A DNA stretch of 64,000 nucleotides, taken from positions 116,438,001 to 116,502,000 of the forward strand of contig NC_058373.1 in assembly GCF_018350175.1 (NCBI RefSeq), in the 5' to 3' direction. The notes below the pieces were generated by a model. It saw only the letters and a list, made by a program, of their open reading frames with translations. It did no database searches and had not been told where the DNA came from. The position numbers and the translations under genes are program-made. Every line of letters begins with the position of its first letter. Within the stretch, counting starts at the first letter, position 1. Below, piece after piece: positions 48,180-61,541 of the stretch. The stretch is from Felis catus (taxonomy: Eukaryota).

Positions 48180-49964
48180 GCAAATCACATGGCAGCTTCC
48201 CCTGGTTCCCCTCTCAGGAATGGCACTGTCACCTCTCTGGGTACCCAAGGGCAAGTCATGGAGCACTACTGGCCGGTCCTCCTCCGTCCACTTCCGAACA
48301 ATGACCAAGTCTGCTCTCTTCCACCTCCTAAATATCCCTCAAACCCATCTATTCCATCCCCTCTGCCCCTGCCAGGTCCGAGCCTTTTGGATCTCTTATC
48401 CAGACCGCTACATGATGTCCCAACGGGCTCCCCTTCGTCCAGCCTTGCCCTGCTGAGTACATGTATCTTTCATACTGTGCCCAGAGTCATTCCGTGAAAG
48501 TGAAAATCTGATCCTTCATTGGCTTTAAGATTATGACCAGTCCTCACCACTCTCTCTGGACCCAACCCTGCAGGATGGCCTCTCCCTTCTCCAGTCTTAA
48601 CCCGCTTGGCCCAGCCTTATGGGTCTTGTTTCAGTTCCCCCATTGAGTATGGCTGTTTCATACCTCGGGTCTTTATACGGGTAGTCCCCTTTCCTGGAAA
48701 GGTCTTCCCCTCCCTTCTTCATCTCCTGTGCTCCTACTCATCCTTTAAGTCTCACCTGAAAATCACTTCTTCCAGGAAGCCACCCCTTGGATCCTCAGAC
48801 TAGATCAGACCTTTCCATTACAGATTTCCAAAACATCCTGCACTTCTCTTTCTCGTTACCCACTACCTGTCTTCCCCAACTTCTCACGGCTTATGGTGAG
48901 AAATGCCAGATTTTAGAGATAGTATTCTGCACGCAGTCGCCGAAGGAGTCCTGCTAAAAGGCAAGTCAGTTCTTACCACTCCTCCGTTCAAAACTTTGAA
49001 CAGCTTGGCAACTCTCTCAGGGTAAACTTCAAAGTCTGTACCAAGGCCTACTGAGCCCTACAAAATCTGTTATGTTCTGTTACTCTCCCCACTCTCTCAC
49101 TCTGCTCTAACCACACTGGCTTTCTTGCTCTTCTTTGACTATTGTCCTGCCTCAGGACCTTTGCATGTGCCGTTTCTTCTGTTAGGAAGACCACAAGACT
49201 CACTCCCTCCGTTTCTTCAGATCTCTGCTTATATGTTACCTCACCAGAGAAGCTTTCATTAGCCACCTTATCTCACCGTGTTGTGTTTTTCTCCAACACT
49301 ACCAAGCAGTTTGCTAATTTCTATCAGGTACTGACTGGGTGTCCTACAAATTTAATTAAATTTTCACACTATCTACCTGGAGACAGTGTCAGATCCCACG
49401 GGTTAAGGGCTCTCAGTCCCAGAAGACTGCCCCTACTTCGGATGCCAATTCCAAGTCCAGACTGTCACATGTGCTTCGGACCAACTGGCTATAAATTGCA
49501 GGTTCCCACAGGTCCCTCCTCGGGTTTGATTGATTTGCTAGAGTGGCTTTAATCTACAGACCCTCAATTCCCCTTCCTAGAGGTCAGTTGGTGGAATTAA
49601 AAATTCCAACCTTCTAATCACTTGGTCCTTCTGGTGACCAGCCTGAGGTGATCTAGAGACCCACTGTAAGTCACCTCATTGCACAAAGTGACTCCTTATG
49701 AATAACAAAAGACACTCTTATCACTCAAGAAATTCCAAGGTTTTAGGAGCTTCGTGCCAGGAATCAGAGACAAAGTATATTTCTTATTATACCACACCAA
49801 CCAAACCCCCATCTCAGCGGTATCATGACAGATAATCTGTACTTATTGGTTCATTTGTTTATCTGTTGTCTCTTCCTCTCTACCAGATGAGCTCCAAGAG
49901 AGCAAAGACTTTGTTTTGATCGCTGTTGTGCCCCTGCCAGTGAGAACAGCACCTGGCTTAATAG

Positions 49965-49968
<4 letters not shown>
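48180..49968 (+). mobile_element. L2 fragments (interrupted by an LTR)
   Basis: 'cctgcctcaggacctttgcatgtgccgttt', 'ctctgcttatatgttacctcaccagagaagc', terminus 'gagctccaagagagcaaagactttg..agaacagcacctggc'. Confidence 0.7.
49279..49796 (-). mobile_element. MER21-like solo LTR (internally deleted)
   Basis: 'ctgggtgtcctaca..tcagatcccacgggttaagggctc..gaaattccaaggttttaggagct..ttcttattataccaca'. Confidence 0.8.
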
Positions 49969-49995
<27 letters not shown>

Positions 49996-50769
49996 GGTAA
50001 TGATTTATTCAATTACTGGATCCTGGAAAGATTCATGGAGGAATCTCAGAAAATCTCTGGTACAATGCTGCTTATTTTTAGAAACATTGCTCTCGGGTGA
50101 TCCGTTGACTTGTACTTTCTGGTAATATCCTTCCAGCATTGGTCCTCTGCCTTTTCACTAATCCACCTTTCTTTTTGTGGAGAAAATAGTCCCCTGGGCC
50201 ACAGTCCCAGCACTTAGAATGTGCAGTAGAAGCAGCTGTTGAGAAGAGGAAAAGGCAGGGTTTGAGGGGACTGGAAAACCTGCCTGTGCTTTGCCCCACT
50301 CGGAGAAAATGTAAATGTATTTTAATACCAAAGGTCAGAGACGCAGTTTATTTTATCCTCTTTCCCTTAGAAGAAATTACTTTTAGCTTAAAGAACACGT
50401 CCAGGTAATTTCCATCGGTAAACAAAAGAAATTTGAAAGTGAATGGATTAACAGACTCATCTTTGCTCGGTACAAACCAATAAAAAGAGTCTCCTTTGTT
50501 CCTTCCTGTCTTAAGTAGAGGATGATTCCAGAGGTTAAGGGCGGCTCGTGGGGATTCCTGACACTTCCAAGTGATAGATCAGGCTTGGTGGGGGGCAGGG
50601 GGTCACATCCATTAGACGAGATTCCCATGAGAAATGTCATCTCATTGTTAGGGTAGAATTGAACCCTCTTCCTGACACAGAGGCTCACTGGATGCCTTGT
50701 GGCATCAGGTGCTGTACTCTGTCCTCGTTTTCGCCCTGACTCCCGATTCCCTGCTTTGGCTGGGGTTCT

Positions 50770-50998
50770 TTTCTTTTCTTTTTAACGTTTATTCATTTAC
50801 TCTGAGAGCGTGCATGAGTGTGGACACATGAGTGTGCAAGCGAGGAAGGGGCAGAGGGAGAGAGAGAATCCCAAGCAGGTTCCACGCTATCAGCGCAGAG
50901 CCCGATGATGTAGGGCTTGAACTCACCGCCCATGAGATCATGACCTGAGCCAAAATCAGGAGTCAGACGCTTAACCAACGGAGCCACCCAGGCATCCC
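50770..50998 (-). mobile_element. CAN-SINE
   Basis: Antisense body; degenerate TSD tggctgg..ttcttt. Confidence 0.92.
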
Positions 50999-51009
50999 TG
51001 GCTGGAATT

Positions 51010-51284
51010 CTTTAACTTCCTTGGGGCTCTGCTTCCTTGTCTGTAAAATGAAGCCTGGACCCTGTGCAGCATGATGGTCAAGTGCTCAGGCTCCGGAGTT
51101 AGCAGGCTGGGGTCTAACTCTGGCTCTGTCATGTCCCAAATTTCCGGTGTGGGGCAACCTATGTAATCCCTCTTTGCCTCAGCTCTCTCACTTGTAAAAT
51201 GAGGGAATGATAGTACCCACCACTTAAGGTTGTTATGAGGGTAAGTGATGGCTTAAACCTCTCTGGCACACTGTGAACATTCAG
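51010..51284 (+). mobile_element. MIR fragments
   Basis: 'ctttgcctcagctctctcacttgtaaaatgagggaatgatagtacccacc..ggttgttatgagg'. Confidence 0.7.
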
Positions 51285-52166
51285 TGTTAGCGTAAGGAAA
51301 CATTGTTTTCTCCTCTACTACTCACACCAAGCACATCTGTGACCAGACGTACGGGTGATTTTTCCACACCAACCGATCTTCTGACACCAGCTGGGTGTCC
51401 TACAATTTAACTTAATTCTGACACTGTCTACCTGGAGAAGGCATCAGATCCCACAGGTTAAGGGGCTCAGTCCCACAGGACTGCCCCCCCCACACACACA
51501 CTCTCTGTCCCCCACCCCAGAGAATGCCAATTGCAAGTCTAGATTGTCACATGTGCTTCCGGCTGATCAGCTATAAATCAGATATTCCCATGAACGCCTC
51601 CTCAGGTTTGATTAATTTGCTAGAGTAGCTCACAAAACTCAGGGAAAACAGTTTATTTCCTAGTTTACCAGTTTGTTATGAAGGATATAACTCAAGAACA
51701 CCCAGACAGAAGGGATGCATAGGGCAAGGTATTTCAAGGGGGGGGGGCTGGGAGCTTCCACCTCCCCGCCCCAGGCCTGCCACCCTCCCAGCACATCAGC
51801 CCAGAAGCCCTCTGAACCCCACCCTTTTGGGGTTTTATGGAGGTTCCATTAAGTAAGCATGATTGATTAAATTATTAGCCACTGGTGATTAAACCTCCAT
51901 CCCCTCCCCCCTCCCCCCAAGTGTGACAGGGAGGCTAAAAATTCCACCCCTCTAATCAAGTTTGGTTCCCCTGGCAACCAGCCCCCATCCTTAGGGGCCT
52001 TCCAAAAGTAACCTCATTAACATCAACTCAGATGAGATTGAAAGGGGTTTGCAATGATAATGAAAGACACCTTTATTACTCTTATCACTTAGGAAATTCT
52101 AGGCGCTCCATGCCAGGAATGGGATGAAGACCCAATATGTTTCTTATTACAAATCACAATATTATA
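51285..52166 (-). mobile_element. MER21-like solo LTR (near complete)
   Basis: Begins tgttag; homologous to 49279-49796; ends 'ttcttattacaaatcacaatattata'. Confidence 0.82.
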
Positions 52167-52500
52167 GTTGGCTAATATTACCCTTTTAGGAATGTAGGAT
52201 GCTTTTGATGCACGTAAGAGGAAACAGAACTAGAAGTGATCAAAACAAGTTTTTGTGATCACAAGGCTACTTTTGCAAAATCAGTTTTTGAACATACACT
52301 CCAATGCATGCATTTATTTTAAAATTCTATTCTTATACTGCTGTACCAGTGTTTATATAAATTATAAAAAATTTAGAGAAATTGAGAGGTTGAGATAAAA
52401 AACAATTTTCAGTAGAAGTTCTAATACCTTCTTTCCACAAAACAAAATGGATCAATGAATCATGTTGTGGACATTCCATTTAGGAGATCAAGGGCGTAAA

Positions 52501-52692
52501 CCGGTGGTCTCACCCAGAGTCGGCTTCACTTTCACAGGGGACGTTTGTCAAACCCTGGAAGGGGGCTTCTACTGGCATCCAGTGGATAGAGGCCAAGGAT
52601 GCCGCTAACCATCCTATAGTGCACAGGACAGCCCCTCACGACAAAGAATTGGCCTGCCAAAAATGTCAATAGTGCCAATCTGAGAAGCCCTG
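52501..52692. mobile_element. MER20 DNA transposon
   Basis: 'ctactggcatccagtggatagaggccaaggatgccgctaaccatcctatagtgcacaggacagcccc..aaaatgtcaatagtgcc'. Confidence 0.88.
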
Positions 52693-52699
52693 GCCAAAC

Positions 52700-53160
52700 A
52701 GTCAGGAAAGCTAGTGTCTCACAAGGCAAAAAAATCCTGAGACAAGGTGGTTCTGAAGTTGATTCATTCTGAGACTCCGTGGCCCCGTTCTTTCTTTTTC
52801 CTCTCTACCAGTCTCATGCATCGATGTTGTCCTTGGCTTGTCCCTTGAGGTCCCAAGATGCTGCAGCAGCTTCAAGCATCACACGGCCTGCTCACCACGC
52901 TGTCTAAAGGCAGGAAGGGAGAGCTTCTTCCTGTGTGACTCTCAGATGAGAAAAGAAACTATCCAGAACCTTCTAGTTACCTCAACGTCCATCGCTAAAC
53001 CAATCAGACTGGGAATTAGACCGTCCATGACTCACCACCTGGAACTTGGGCCCCTGCTCTTTTAAAGCACATGAACTTCCCAGAAGAGTGAATAAGATCA
53101 GAGCTCTGGGAGAAGAAAGGGAAGAGACTGATTTCTGCACAACCAAAGAATCAGCCACAG
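52700..53160 (-). mobile_element. MLT1-like LTR fragment
   Basis: 'gtcccaagatgctgcagcagcttcaagcatcac'. Confidence 0.55.
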
Positions 53161-53204
53161 ATCCCTTCCCACTTTCTCTGGGAGATATGTTCACCAAGAG
53201 AACA

Positions 53205-53450
53205 GAACACACATTTGGAGATGGGTATTCTAGGCTTTGAAGCCAGACAGCCACCGATCAAATTCCAGCTATGCTACTGATGACTGTGTGGCTTTTGACA
53301 AATTACTTGGTATCTCTGTGCCTCAGTTCCTTTATATATCAACTGGGGATAATAATAGACCCTAATTCCTAGCTTTGTTAAAAGTTAATAGAGTTGATAC
53401 ATGTAAATTCTTAGAACAGTGGGTGGCCCATAAAAGGTGCCCAGTGAATG
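53205..53450 (+). mobile_element. MIR
   Basis: 'aaattccagctatgctactgatgactgtgtggc..ctctgtgcctcagttcc..ggggataataatag'. Confidence 0.8.
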
Positions 53451-54929
53451 GTATCAGAGTTCTGTCTGGGTGTTGGGTAAGACTAGGGGTAAGGCTCCCA
53501 GAGTATACTTGGGACAGACAATATCAGTACAGGCGGGGCCTGTGACCAAGAAGCCATTTGGGTGGTTCTTGTCACCAACTCACGTGTCCCTGAGCAAGTT
53601 TCTTATCCAGAGCCTTTACTGTCTCTACTTACAACATGATAGATGACAATTGCCACACACCTGCTCAGAGACTTGTCAGTGTGGGGACAAGGCAGTGAAG
53701 GGGGAAGGGCCGTCTCTGGCAGGTGCACCGACTGACAAAGAAGCTTGGCGATGGCGTGAGTGCTAACCCTTTGCCCTGCACTGACTATTTGCTTAGTTCT
53801 GGCTGAGGGACAATGGCAGTGTTGCCACACAATGATGTCAGGGGCTAAGAAAACATGTCAGAGATGAATGATTCACAGACTTCAGCTAAGATAAGTGCAC
53901 TTCGCAGAGACAAGAGAGAAAAAAAATAGCAAACTCCACATGTTATGTCATATGGCACCGATACCTGTTGTCTAACCATCTGAAGAATCTGCCTGCAGAA
54001 ATAGCAACAAAAACCGTGGCCTTCCTCCTTGGACAAGGTCTGGAAAAATATGAATGAAAAAAAAAAAAGGAGAGAGGGGAAAAAAAGCTTACAGATTCCA
54101 AAGGAAAATGCCATATGTCTCATGAATAAAGCAAAAGTTCTGGCTGTTACGAAGTGCAAGGGGCTGGTTACAGAGCAGAGAGTGGAGCTCAGAGTTTGTC
54201 AGGGTGCCAGCTGTGGCTTCAGAGGGTGTCAAGAGCTAGAACCAAGGGAACTGAGTGACATTGGGCTGCGCCCCCAAAAGACCACATTTCTACGGGAGGA
54301 GGGAAATGAGCGATCTGGCCTGGGTTGCTCCCCGCTGCTGGTGGTTAAAACCCCTACTCTGGGCGTACGGTATGGCCCTACTGCCCTACCACGGGCAGAG
54401 ACTGTAAAGACAAAGGTCGACACCATCTTGCCATGTACTTGGGGTAGAAACCTAGATGTTCAACCTCTGGTGAGCACAGAAGGTTTATAAACCTGTAAGT
54501 GAATGGGAGGAAGAGGACATAGAACAAAGGTCCAGTGACGGAGGAGAGGAGGGGAAGGACAAAGACTGACTCTGAAGGAGATCGTGATCCACACGTGGAC
54601 ACCTTGTTCTAGTCACTGAGGTGGGAGACCTTAGTCACCCCATGAGGAAAGCCAAGTGCACAAACAGGAAACAATCCCACGACAGCCGTAAGGCAAAAGC
54701 CAACCAGTACAGTACGATGAAAAGCCCAGGAGAGGGATTGCATGGAATTAAGGAACGTTCTGGTGTCGTTAATGAAAGCTGCTGGAAGACGTAAGTTCTG
54801 CTCCAGGCCGAGTTTATGAGGGGATGAGAAAAGTAGACCAAGTTAAGCAGAGACATGGAAGGTCAAAGGCACCACTTCAAAGGGGGCCGAGTTTCGCAAC
54901 AAGAGACAGTGGACACACAACGGGGTGTG

Positions 54930-55085
54930 AATGTCAGCATCTTGATTCATAGCTCTGTCGCCTTAGAGTTCTCTAAAATGGAATTTCCTCACCTATAAAA
55001 TGAGGGTTATGATATCTCCTTCCTGGGTTTTTGTGAAGAACAAGACAGTGTAAGTCAGAGAGCGCTCAGCATGCACTTAATACAA
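54930..55085 (+). mobile_element. MIR
   Basis: 'tttcctcacctataaaatgaggg..gggtttttgtgaaga'. Confidence 0.6.
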
Positions 55086-56679
55086 CCTAGCTCCCTTTCT
55101 CTTTCCAGTCTTGGATATAATCCCACTGCTCAGGCTTCAGTCAATGTAAAGTCATGTCCTTTCACAACTGACAGAGGTCATTTCTTGCCCCGGAGTTATC
55201 CTATGGCCTCAGGTTCTAAACACGAAGGGATTCAGCAGGGAGGCAAAATATTTAAACGATGGAAGTGTGACAAAGCAGTCACACTGTATTCACCTATATC
55301 CCCTCGGCTTCTTAAGGATGGGAGCACGTATAATATCCCCAGTGCTCACCCAGAGTCTGCCGCACAGGTGAACCTTGACACATTTTTTTTTTTCTAAATG
55401 AATGAAGGTGGGGAAACATGGGGAGACAACCAAAGAATTAGATGTGATTATACAGAGAGCACGATGAGAAACTTGGTATGAGAACAAAAAAACCAAAGCA
55501 TGCAAACAAGGGAGAGAAGAAAGGCTTGCATAACCCGAAGAGGATTAGAAAGAGCCGCACAAGCACTTGGTTCGAGAACAAAAGAAAAGAGCAAGAAGGG
55601 AAATGCAAGACTGAGAGAGTCATTCCCCACTTGTAAAAGCCGTAAGGATTCTGAAAACCAGGACAGCTGGGTCCTGTGCAACATGCTAAGACAATTCAAG
55701 GACTTTGTCAGTAATGGGAACGAGAACAAGGAAGGCACCGTTCCTTTGCTTAGGGCAAGATGATAACAGATGACAGAAAACAGAGCTATTGGGTCCTGCA
55801 GGCCATCTGCCTCCCCTGCAGAGAGGAAGCTCCTCATCCTGAAAGAGGTGCTACAGGAGGTGATGAACAGCAGTGGAAGCTGGGGTCAAGAGCTCATGTA
55901 TCTCAGGTGGGCTGGAGTCTCAGCTAGAGCAAGTTACATCACAGAGGTCAGAAATAACTTGTTGCAGATAAAGTTGCTGTCCTATTCTTGGTGATCTTTG
56001 ACAGAGCATAAAGAAGTGGAATGTTCTTAAACTCAAGGGGAGCAAAGGATAAAAAGGTGAGATCTCAAAATAGCCGAGACCGGTTGTTTCCAAACCTTGG
56101 CTCTCAGATCCCTCCTGATGCCCTTTTAAAAAATGCAGCCAGAATCTATGGAACTCAAATATAGAAAGCCGGTCAAGGTGGAGATACTCCGGGTGTCATA
56201 GGGATAGACGGCCAGGAATACCCCCATTTTGCGTCCCTGCTCTACCCCTGGAAAGGGGACATGTCTTGAGGCACTCTGTTGAACCCTTCCTCTCTAGACC
56301 AGTAAAGTTGACATTTGCTGAATTAATCATTCATTAGCTCCTACAAAGGGAAGCAGTGAACCCCGGAGAGCAGCAAGGAAGGGTTCCCCAGGAGAGAGCC
56401 AGGGCAGATCAACCTCATTTTCTTTTCCATAGGCTATTGGTGGAATGCTATAGCAAAGGTCATCTGGATTTGAGCAACATTTATGACAATGTCTCTCACG
56501 ATAACAGCAGAAACAAAATGAAATGTCTACAGTGGGGCCATTAGGTAGATGCAACACTAAGACCAACCTCAAAGGTTGTTGGTTAAATGGTTAATTCAAG
56601 TCCTGGGGAGTTTCCAGCGGCCTGCCAAAGAGCTCTCTTCCGTCCGTTCCTTCTTAGGCATTTTAATCAATAATTCTAA

Positions 56680-56880
56680 CAATAATTACCTCTGATTAGG
56701 TGTTTAATATATATGAGGCACAGTGCTAAGCACTTTATATTCCATCCTAAAGGTAGGTACCATTTTTATCACCACTTCTTAGGCAGGCTCGAAATGGACA
56801 ATGAACTTGTTCAACATCGCATAACTAGTAAGCGGGAAGCCCGCATCGACAGTTATGCCTAAGGGACTCCAGAAACTGCA
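56680..56880 (-). mobile_element. MIR
   Basis: 'aggcacagtgctaagcactttata..aggtaggtaccatttttatc..ataactagtaagcgggaagc'. Confidence 0.7.
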
Positions 56881-56884
56881 GTTA

Positions 56885-57223
56885 GCCAGATGAGGACATT
56901 GGTGACACACTTTGGACATTCAGGGATAGCCGATGAACCAGATGATAAAATTCTTATCCAAAAAGATGGACCGTTCAAAATAATACACCAAATTTAAAAT
57001 AATGAATGTAAACAGAATGAATAACCGAAGGTCTAAAAACAAAAACAAAAACAAAAAAACGAGCGGAGGCACCTGGGGGGCTCATTTGGTTGAGGATCTG
57101 ACTTTTGATTTCGACTCGGGTCGTGATCTCATGGTCCATGAGATCAAGCCCCATGTCAGGCTCCTCACTGACAGTGCAGAGCCTGTTTGGGATTCTCTCT
57201 CCCTCTCTCTCTGCCTCTCCCCT

Positions 57224-57255
<32 letters not shown>

Positions 57256-57750
57256 AAAATAAATAAACTTAAAATTAAATAAATAAAACAAGCAAAAAAC
57301 AATTGCAAAAAACACTACATAAATACAAGATGGGAGAGATATGGCTTACTCGCAGCACATATGAAAACATCTCAGAGGTCTTAATTAAAGACAAATTCAT
57401 CACCAGTAAATGTGAACTGTAACCGCTAAAAATGTTACCATGAACTTGAGCCATATTAATAGACCAGAGTGTCCAAAACAAAGGAAGGGCCAGGCCTGCT
57501 CTGGAGCCTGCAGTCCTCATTGTCTGGCTGCTGTGTTCTGGGCTGGGAATCACCTTTTAAGATGGATGGCGATAAAGACAAATGCAATCAAGATTGCAAA
57601 AGGCGTGGAAGGGATCTGGGACTACTTCTCTCAGAAAGGAGAGGGCAGTGGGAATGGCGGAGCTATTTTCAAACCTATTTGGGCCACTTCTCAGGTTGCT
57701 GCCTGTGACAGGAGTGTGCTTCGCTCCCCCAGAGAGAACCAGCTGGGGAG
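56885..57750 (+). mobile_element. CR1/L3 LINE remnant (RT C-terminal region)
   Basis: 'cataaatacaagatgggagagatatggctt..gcagcacatatgaaaa..gaggtcttaatt..ctgtgttctgggctgggaatcaccttttaaga..gctattttcaaa'. Confidence 0.7.
57067..57290 (+). mobile_element. CAN-SINE
   Basis: Head, (CT)n tract and tail. Confidence 0.9.
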
Positions 57751-57764
57751 ACGATGAGACGTTA

Positions 57765-58000
57765 GTCTGTGTTGTCGTTCATGCCTTCTTGTCTGTCTGT
57801 CTGTTGTCTCCCTCTGCCTCCCTCTTGTAAGGATACATGTGAATGCCTTTAGGGCTCCCTCTGATAATGTAGGATAATCCTATCTCAAGATTTTCAATTC
57901 CATCACACCTGCAAAGACTCTGTTCCTACATAAGGTAATATTCACAGGGTCCAGGGATGAGGGTGTGGTTAGCTTTGGGGGGCCATCTTTCAGTCCGCTA
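57765..58000 (-). mobile_element. MLT1B-like LTR fragment
   Basis: 'ctctgcctccctcttgtaaggatacatgtga..catcacacctgcaaagactctg..taaggtaatattcacagg'. Confidence 0.8.
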
Positions 58001-58371
58001 TCCTTGGCATAATCCTAGAGCCTGAATCTGAGACATTCCCTTCCAGATTCTCCGGCCTTATGATTGTCACAGAGGTAGACAACACCTGACACACCAGTTC
58101 TGAAGTGTTGTTATGGAAATCATCCTAGAGGCCCAAGCCTGAAGCCTGCTCCCCAGGCTCTTTGATAATTGTACTTGTTCCGGTCTCCCTGTCTGCTTGT
58201 ACTACAAGAGGGGTTCTGTTACGTGCAGCTGAGTCCTAAGGAGACACTCAATATAGCCACATGTTGATGTGGATTGTTTATATTCATCTGTCTATACTGT
58301 TATCTGTGTACCTGCATAACTGAGCTACAAATTTACTATATTCATGTACACAAAGACCCCACCTTTAAAAA

Positions 58372-58588
58372 AATTTTTTTTAATGTTTATTCATTTATTT
58401 TGAGAGAGAGAGAGAATGCACACACGAGTCAGGGAGGGACAGAGGGAGAAGGAGAGAGAGAATTCCAAGCAGGCCGTGAACTGTCAGCGCAGAGCCCGAT
58501 GTGAGGCTCAACCTCATGAGCCATGTGATCATGACCTGGCTGAAATCAAGAGTCAGATGCTTAACCAACTGAGCTGCCCAGGCGCCCC
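58372..58588 (-). mobile_element. CAN-SINE
   Basis: Antisense body ending 'ctgcccaggcgcccc'. Confidence 0.92.
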
Positions 58589-60391
58589 AACACCACCTTT
58601 TTTTTTAAAATTAATGCTGGGCTACTGGTTATAAACTCCTTCAGCCATGTGGTAATGATCACTGTGGTGGTTGCAATACAAGGAGATTTAAAATTTACTC
58701 CAATCTGGTAAACTTGAGTCAGTGGTTTAAGAAGCTCATTGAGGTCAATTCTGTATCTCAAATTTCCTCTCCTTCTCGCTCCTCTCCAAGGTGGACTCTG
58801 CCTTTACGGAGGAAGGTGGATTATAGGAGCTCATGGTGGCATCAGCAGGGAAGGGAAGAGAGAGTCCTCAAATCCATGCTCAACCCTCCCATCACCATTG
58901 ATCTCTGCTTTGAACTAGCTATCGTAACTCCTTCCTGGACCAGTGGCTTCTGAGACACAAGCCATTGGCATTTACGGTCCTGGCCTTTTGCCTCTGGTGT
59001 TAATGTCCCACACAATCAGGCTTCTGCCTGTGCACCAACCCCATCAGCCCCTCTATATTCCCGTCCTCAGACATGTAGGAAGTTTTGGGCCACTTATAGA
59101 CCACGCAAAGCCATGGGGGGTGAAGGACACTGCCTCAGGTTTAATGACCTACGGGGGACACACCAATGTTGCTGCCCTATAGCTGTGTGCCCTGTTGGAG
59201 GTGGAGTATAGGGCTGCTCTAGAGACAGACAACCTCCCCGTAGGATGGGGTGGAAAAGCCCTCAGGTTCTTAGATCCTTGGATTAGCCATCTGGATGTTC
59301 TAAGGCTTGCTGTGTACATACAAGTTTGGTTCTGAGGCAGGCTGAAAACCGGAACCTTGTGTCTGACCTTCTGGATCCCCGTCTGACCCTGCTTTTCCTA
59401 TAGTTCTGGGAGCTAGAATTGGGCAGGCTTTGGGGTTTCCATGTCATCTGCAGCACATCTGTCTTCTGATGTGTTCTTTCTAGAACAGCCAAACTCATGG
59501 CACGGTCATCACATGAGGGAGAGAGGTCCCCTGTATGCCAACTTCCCTGTAAGCTCTATGATCTAGCACTGATATTAAAGAGGGAGATAACAGAGCTTAA
59601 AGATCTTTTTCTTTCTTGGTAATGGCTAGCTTCCATGAATATTTTCTTGTTTGAAATCAAGAGGTCAAGGAAGTCAGTTGTGATTAATGCTCCCTGTTGC
59701 AGGCCGTACCTGTTTGTTTTTGTTTTTGTTTTTGTTTCAGACCAATACGCCTTATAACTCAACAACTCAGCCCTCTTGATGGAAGGCTTCTGGGGAACCA
59801 ATTCAGAAGGAAATTAGAATAGACCAATTTAATATTTAAAAACATTATCTGTTAACTTATGTATTAAGGGATGTCTGGAATCACAGCGACCAAGTTTTAA
59901 TCATGGTTACTTTTGGATTCAGGCAAGTTGGATGAGGTGATTACTTTTTTTCTTTACAGTTCCAGTTATTGCTTAGATTAAAAAAAATAAGCAGTAGTCT
60001 AATAAAAATGTCCTTAACAATTTAGTTAGTCCTCTCTCTGCAGCTACCCCCCATTTTTTTCTATATCAAGAATTAACATTATAGAGACTCTACAGAATTC
60101 AACATTCGCTCATTTATTAATTTAATTGGCATCTGTGGTGCTTCAGGTCATATGTTAGGTATTAAGGATACAGAAATGAACAAATGTCATATTTGCCTTT
60201 TAGGCAAACACAATTTAGTAGAGAATGCAAAGCACACAACTCTAGCACATTCTAATAATTATGATAACATGATTTTCTGATCTTATGTGTCATGAAAAAT
60301 TGACTCAATTTTGCAACTCATCTTTATCAAACACCCACACATGAGTCAGGCCACAGGCTAGGTGCTGGGGACAGAAGCACATAATTTCTTC

Positions 60392-60584
60392 TTTTTTTTT
60401 TTTTCTTAATGTTTATTTTTGAGGGGGGGAGGGGCAGAGAGAGAGGGAAACACAGAATCCGAAGCAGGCTCCAGGTTCTGAGCTGTCAGCACAGAGCCTG
60501 ACATGGGGCTCGAACCCAAGAACCACGAGATCATGACCTGAGCCGAAGTCAGTCGATCAACTGACAGAGTCACCCAGGCGCCCC
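60392..60584 (-). mobile_element. CAN-SINE
   Basis: Degenerate TSD agaa(g/a)cacat(a/c)atttc. Confidence 0.92.
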
Positions 60585-61321
60585 AGAAACACATCATTTC
60601 AAACAGAGAGTTTCTCCCCAGGAGACTCTGGGGGCTTTTTGAGCCAGCAAGACAAGTTTCGCCAGAAAGTCTGCAGGACAGAGTTCACAGGCAGGAACTC
60701 TTCCCCCTTACCCTTGAGCCACTTGGTCCACCTGCAGGAAGCAAGAGCTGTTCTAGAAGTCAGAAGTGACAGGATCTGTGTCACAGATCAAAGAAAACAC
60801 AGGGGCAGGATGGATAGCCGCTAAAGTTTGGTTGGGTCTCCCCTGCCACCAGGGAGGAAGTGACTAAGGCAGGGAGTCAGAATTCCGCACCGTTCCGCAT
60901 AGGAGGACTTTCTTCAAACTTGGTCTCCACATCGAGCTGACTCACTGGCTTCCTCCTCCTACGGTGTCAGAGCTGCCTCTGTCCCAACTGCTGTGCTGAG
61001 CTAATAGAGAGATTGCTTGTTTCAAGGTAGATTGTTGAAAACGTGTTTCAGTTTTCATTTCTATTTCCAGGTATGTCACTGACTTGCTGAGTCATATTTG
61101 GCAAGCTCAGGATCTCTTTTTTCCCCCCTGTTTTTCCATCTGGATAAGATGGTTTACCAAGAGCTCTAAGGCATTTTGTTTCCAAAAAGGTATAAGCACA
61201 TAAAAATAATCGTGTTGTTTACCAGAAGGTTTTTATCTGTGCATAGCTCAATTAAAACATTATCTTTTTGCAATAAAAATATTTTTGTCTATTTTGTTCT
61301 TCGCTAGGATGAAAGCTCTTT

Positions 61322-61541
61322 ATTTTTTCCCAAATGTTTATTTATTTTTGAGAGAGAGAGAGAGAGAGCACAAGTCGGGAAGGGACAAAGAGAGAGGGGG
61401 ACAGAGCATCCAAAGCAGGCTCTGAGCCGTCAGCTTCAGTGCTGAGAGCAGCGAGCCCAATGCGGGGCTCGAACTGTGAGATCATGACCTGAGTCAAAGT
61501 CAACCAACTGAGCTCAACCAACTGAGCCATCCAGGCGCCCC
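61322..61541 (-). mobile_element. CAN-SINE
   Basis: TSD ggatgaaagctcttt at 61307-61321 and 61544-61558. Confidence 0.92.

Noticed and set aside
48006..48497. 163-aa ORF and overlapping ORFs
   Set aside because: Runs into L2-derived pyrimidine-rich sequence; no known protein motif
49279..52166. Two same-orientation MER21-like LTRs 1.5 kb apart read as a provirus
   Set aside because: The intervening DNA is L2, SINE and MIR, with no gag/pol or primer-binding site. One LTR interrupts an L2 and the other a MIR, so they are independent solo LTRs.
54029..54490. 153-aa ORF
   Set aside because: Non-ATG start, includes an A-run, no homology recognised
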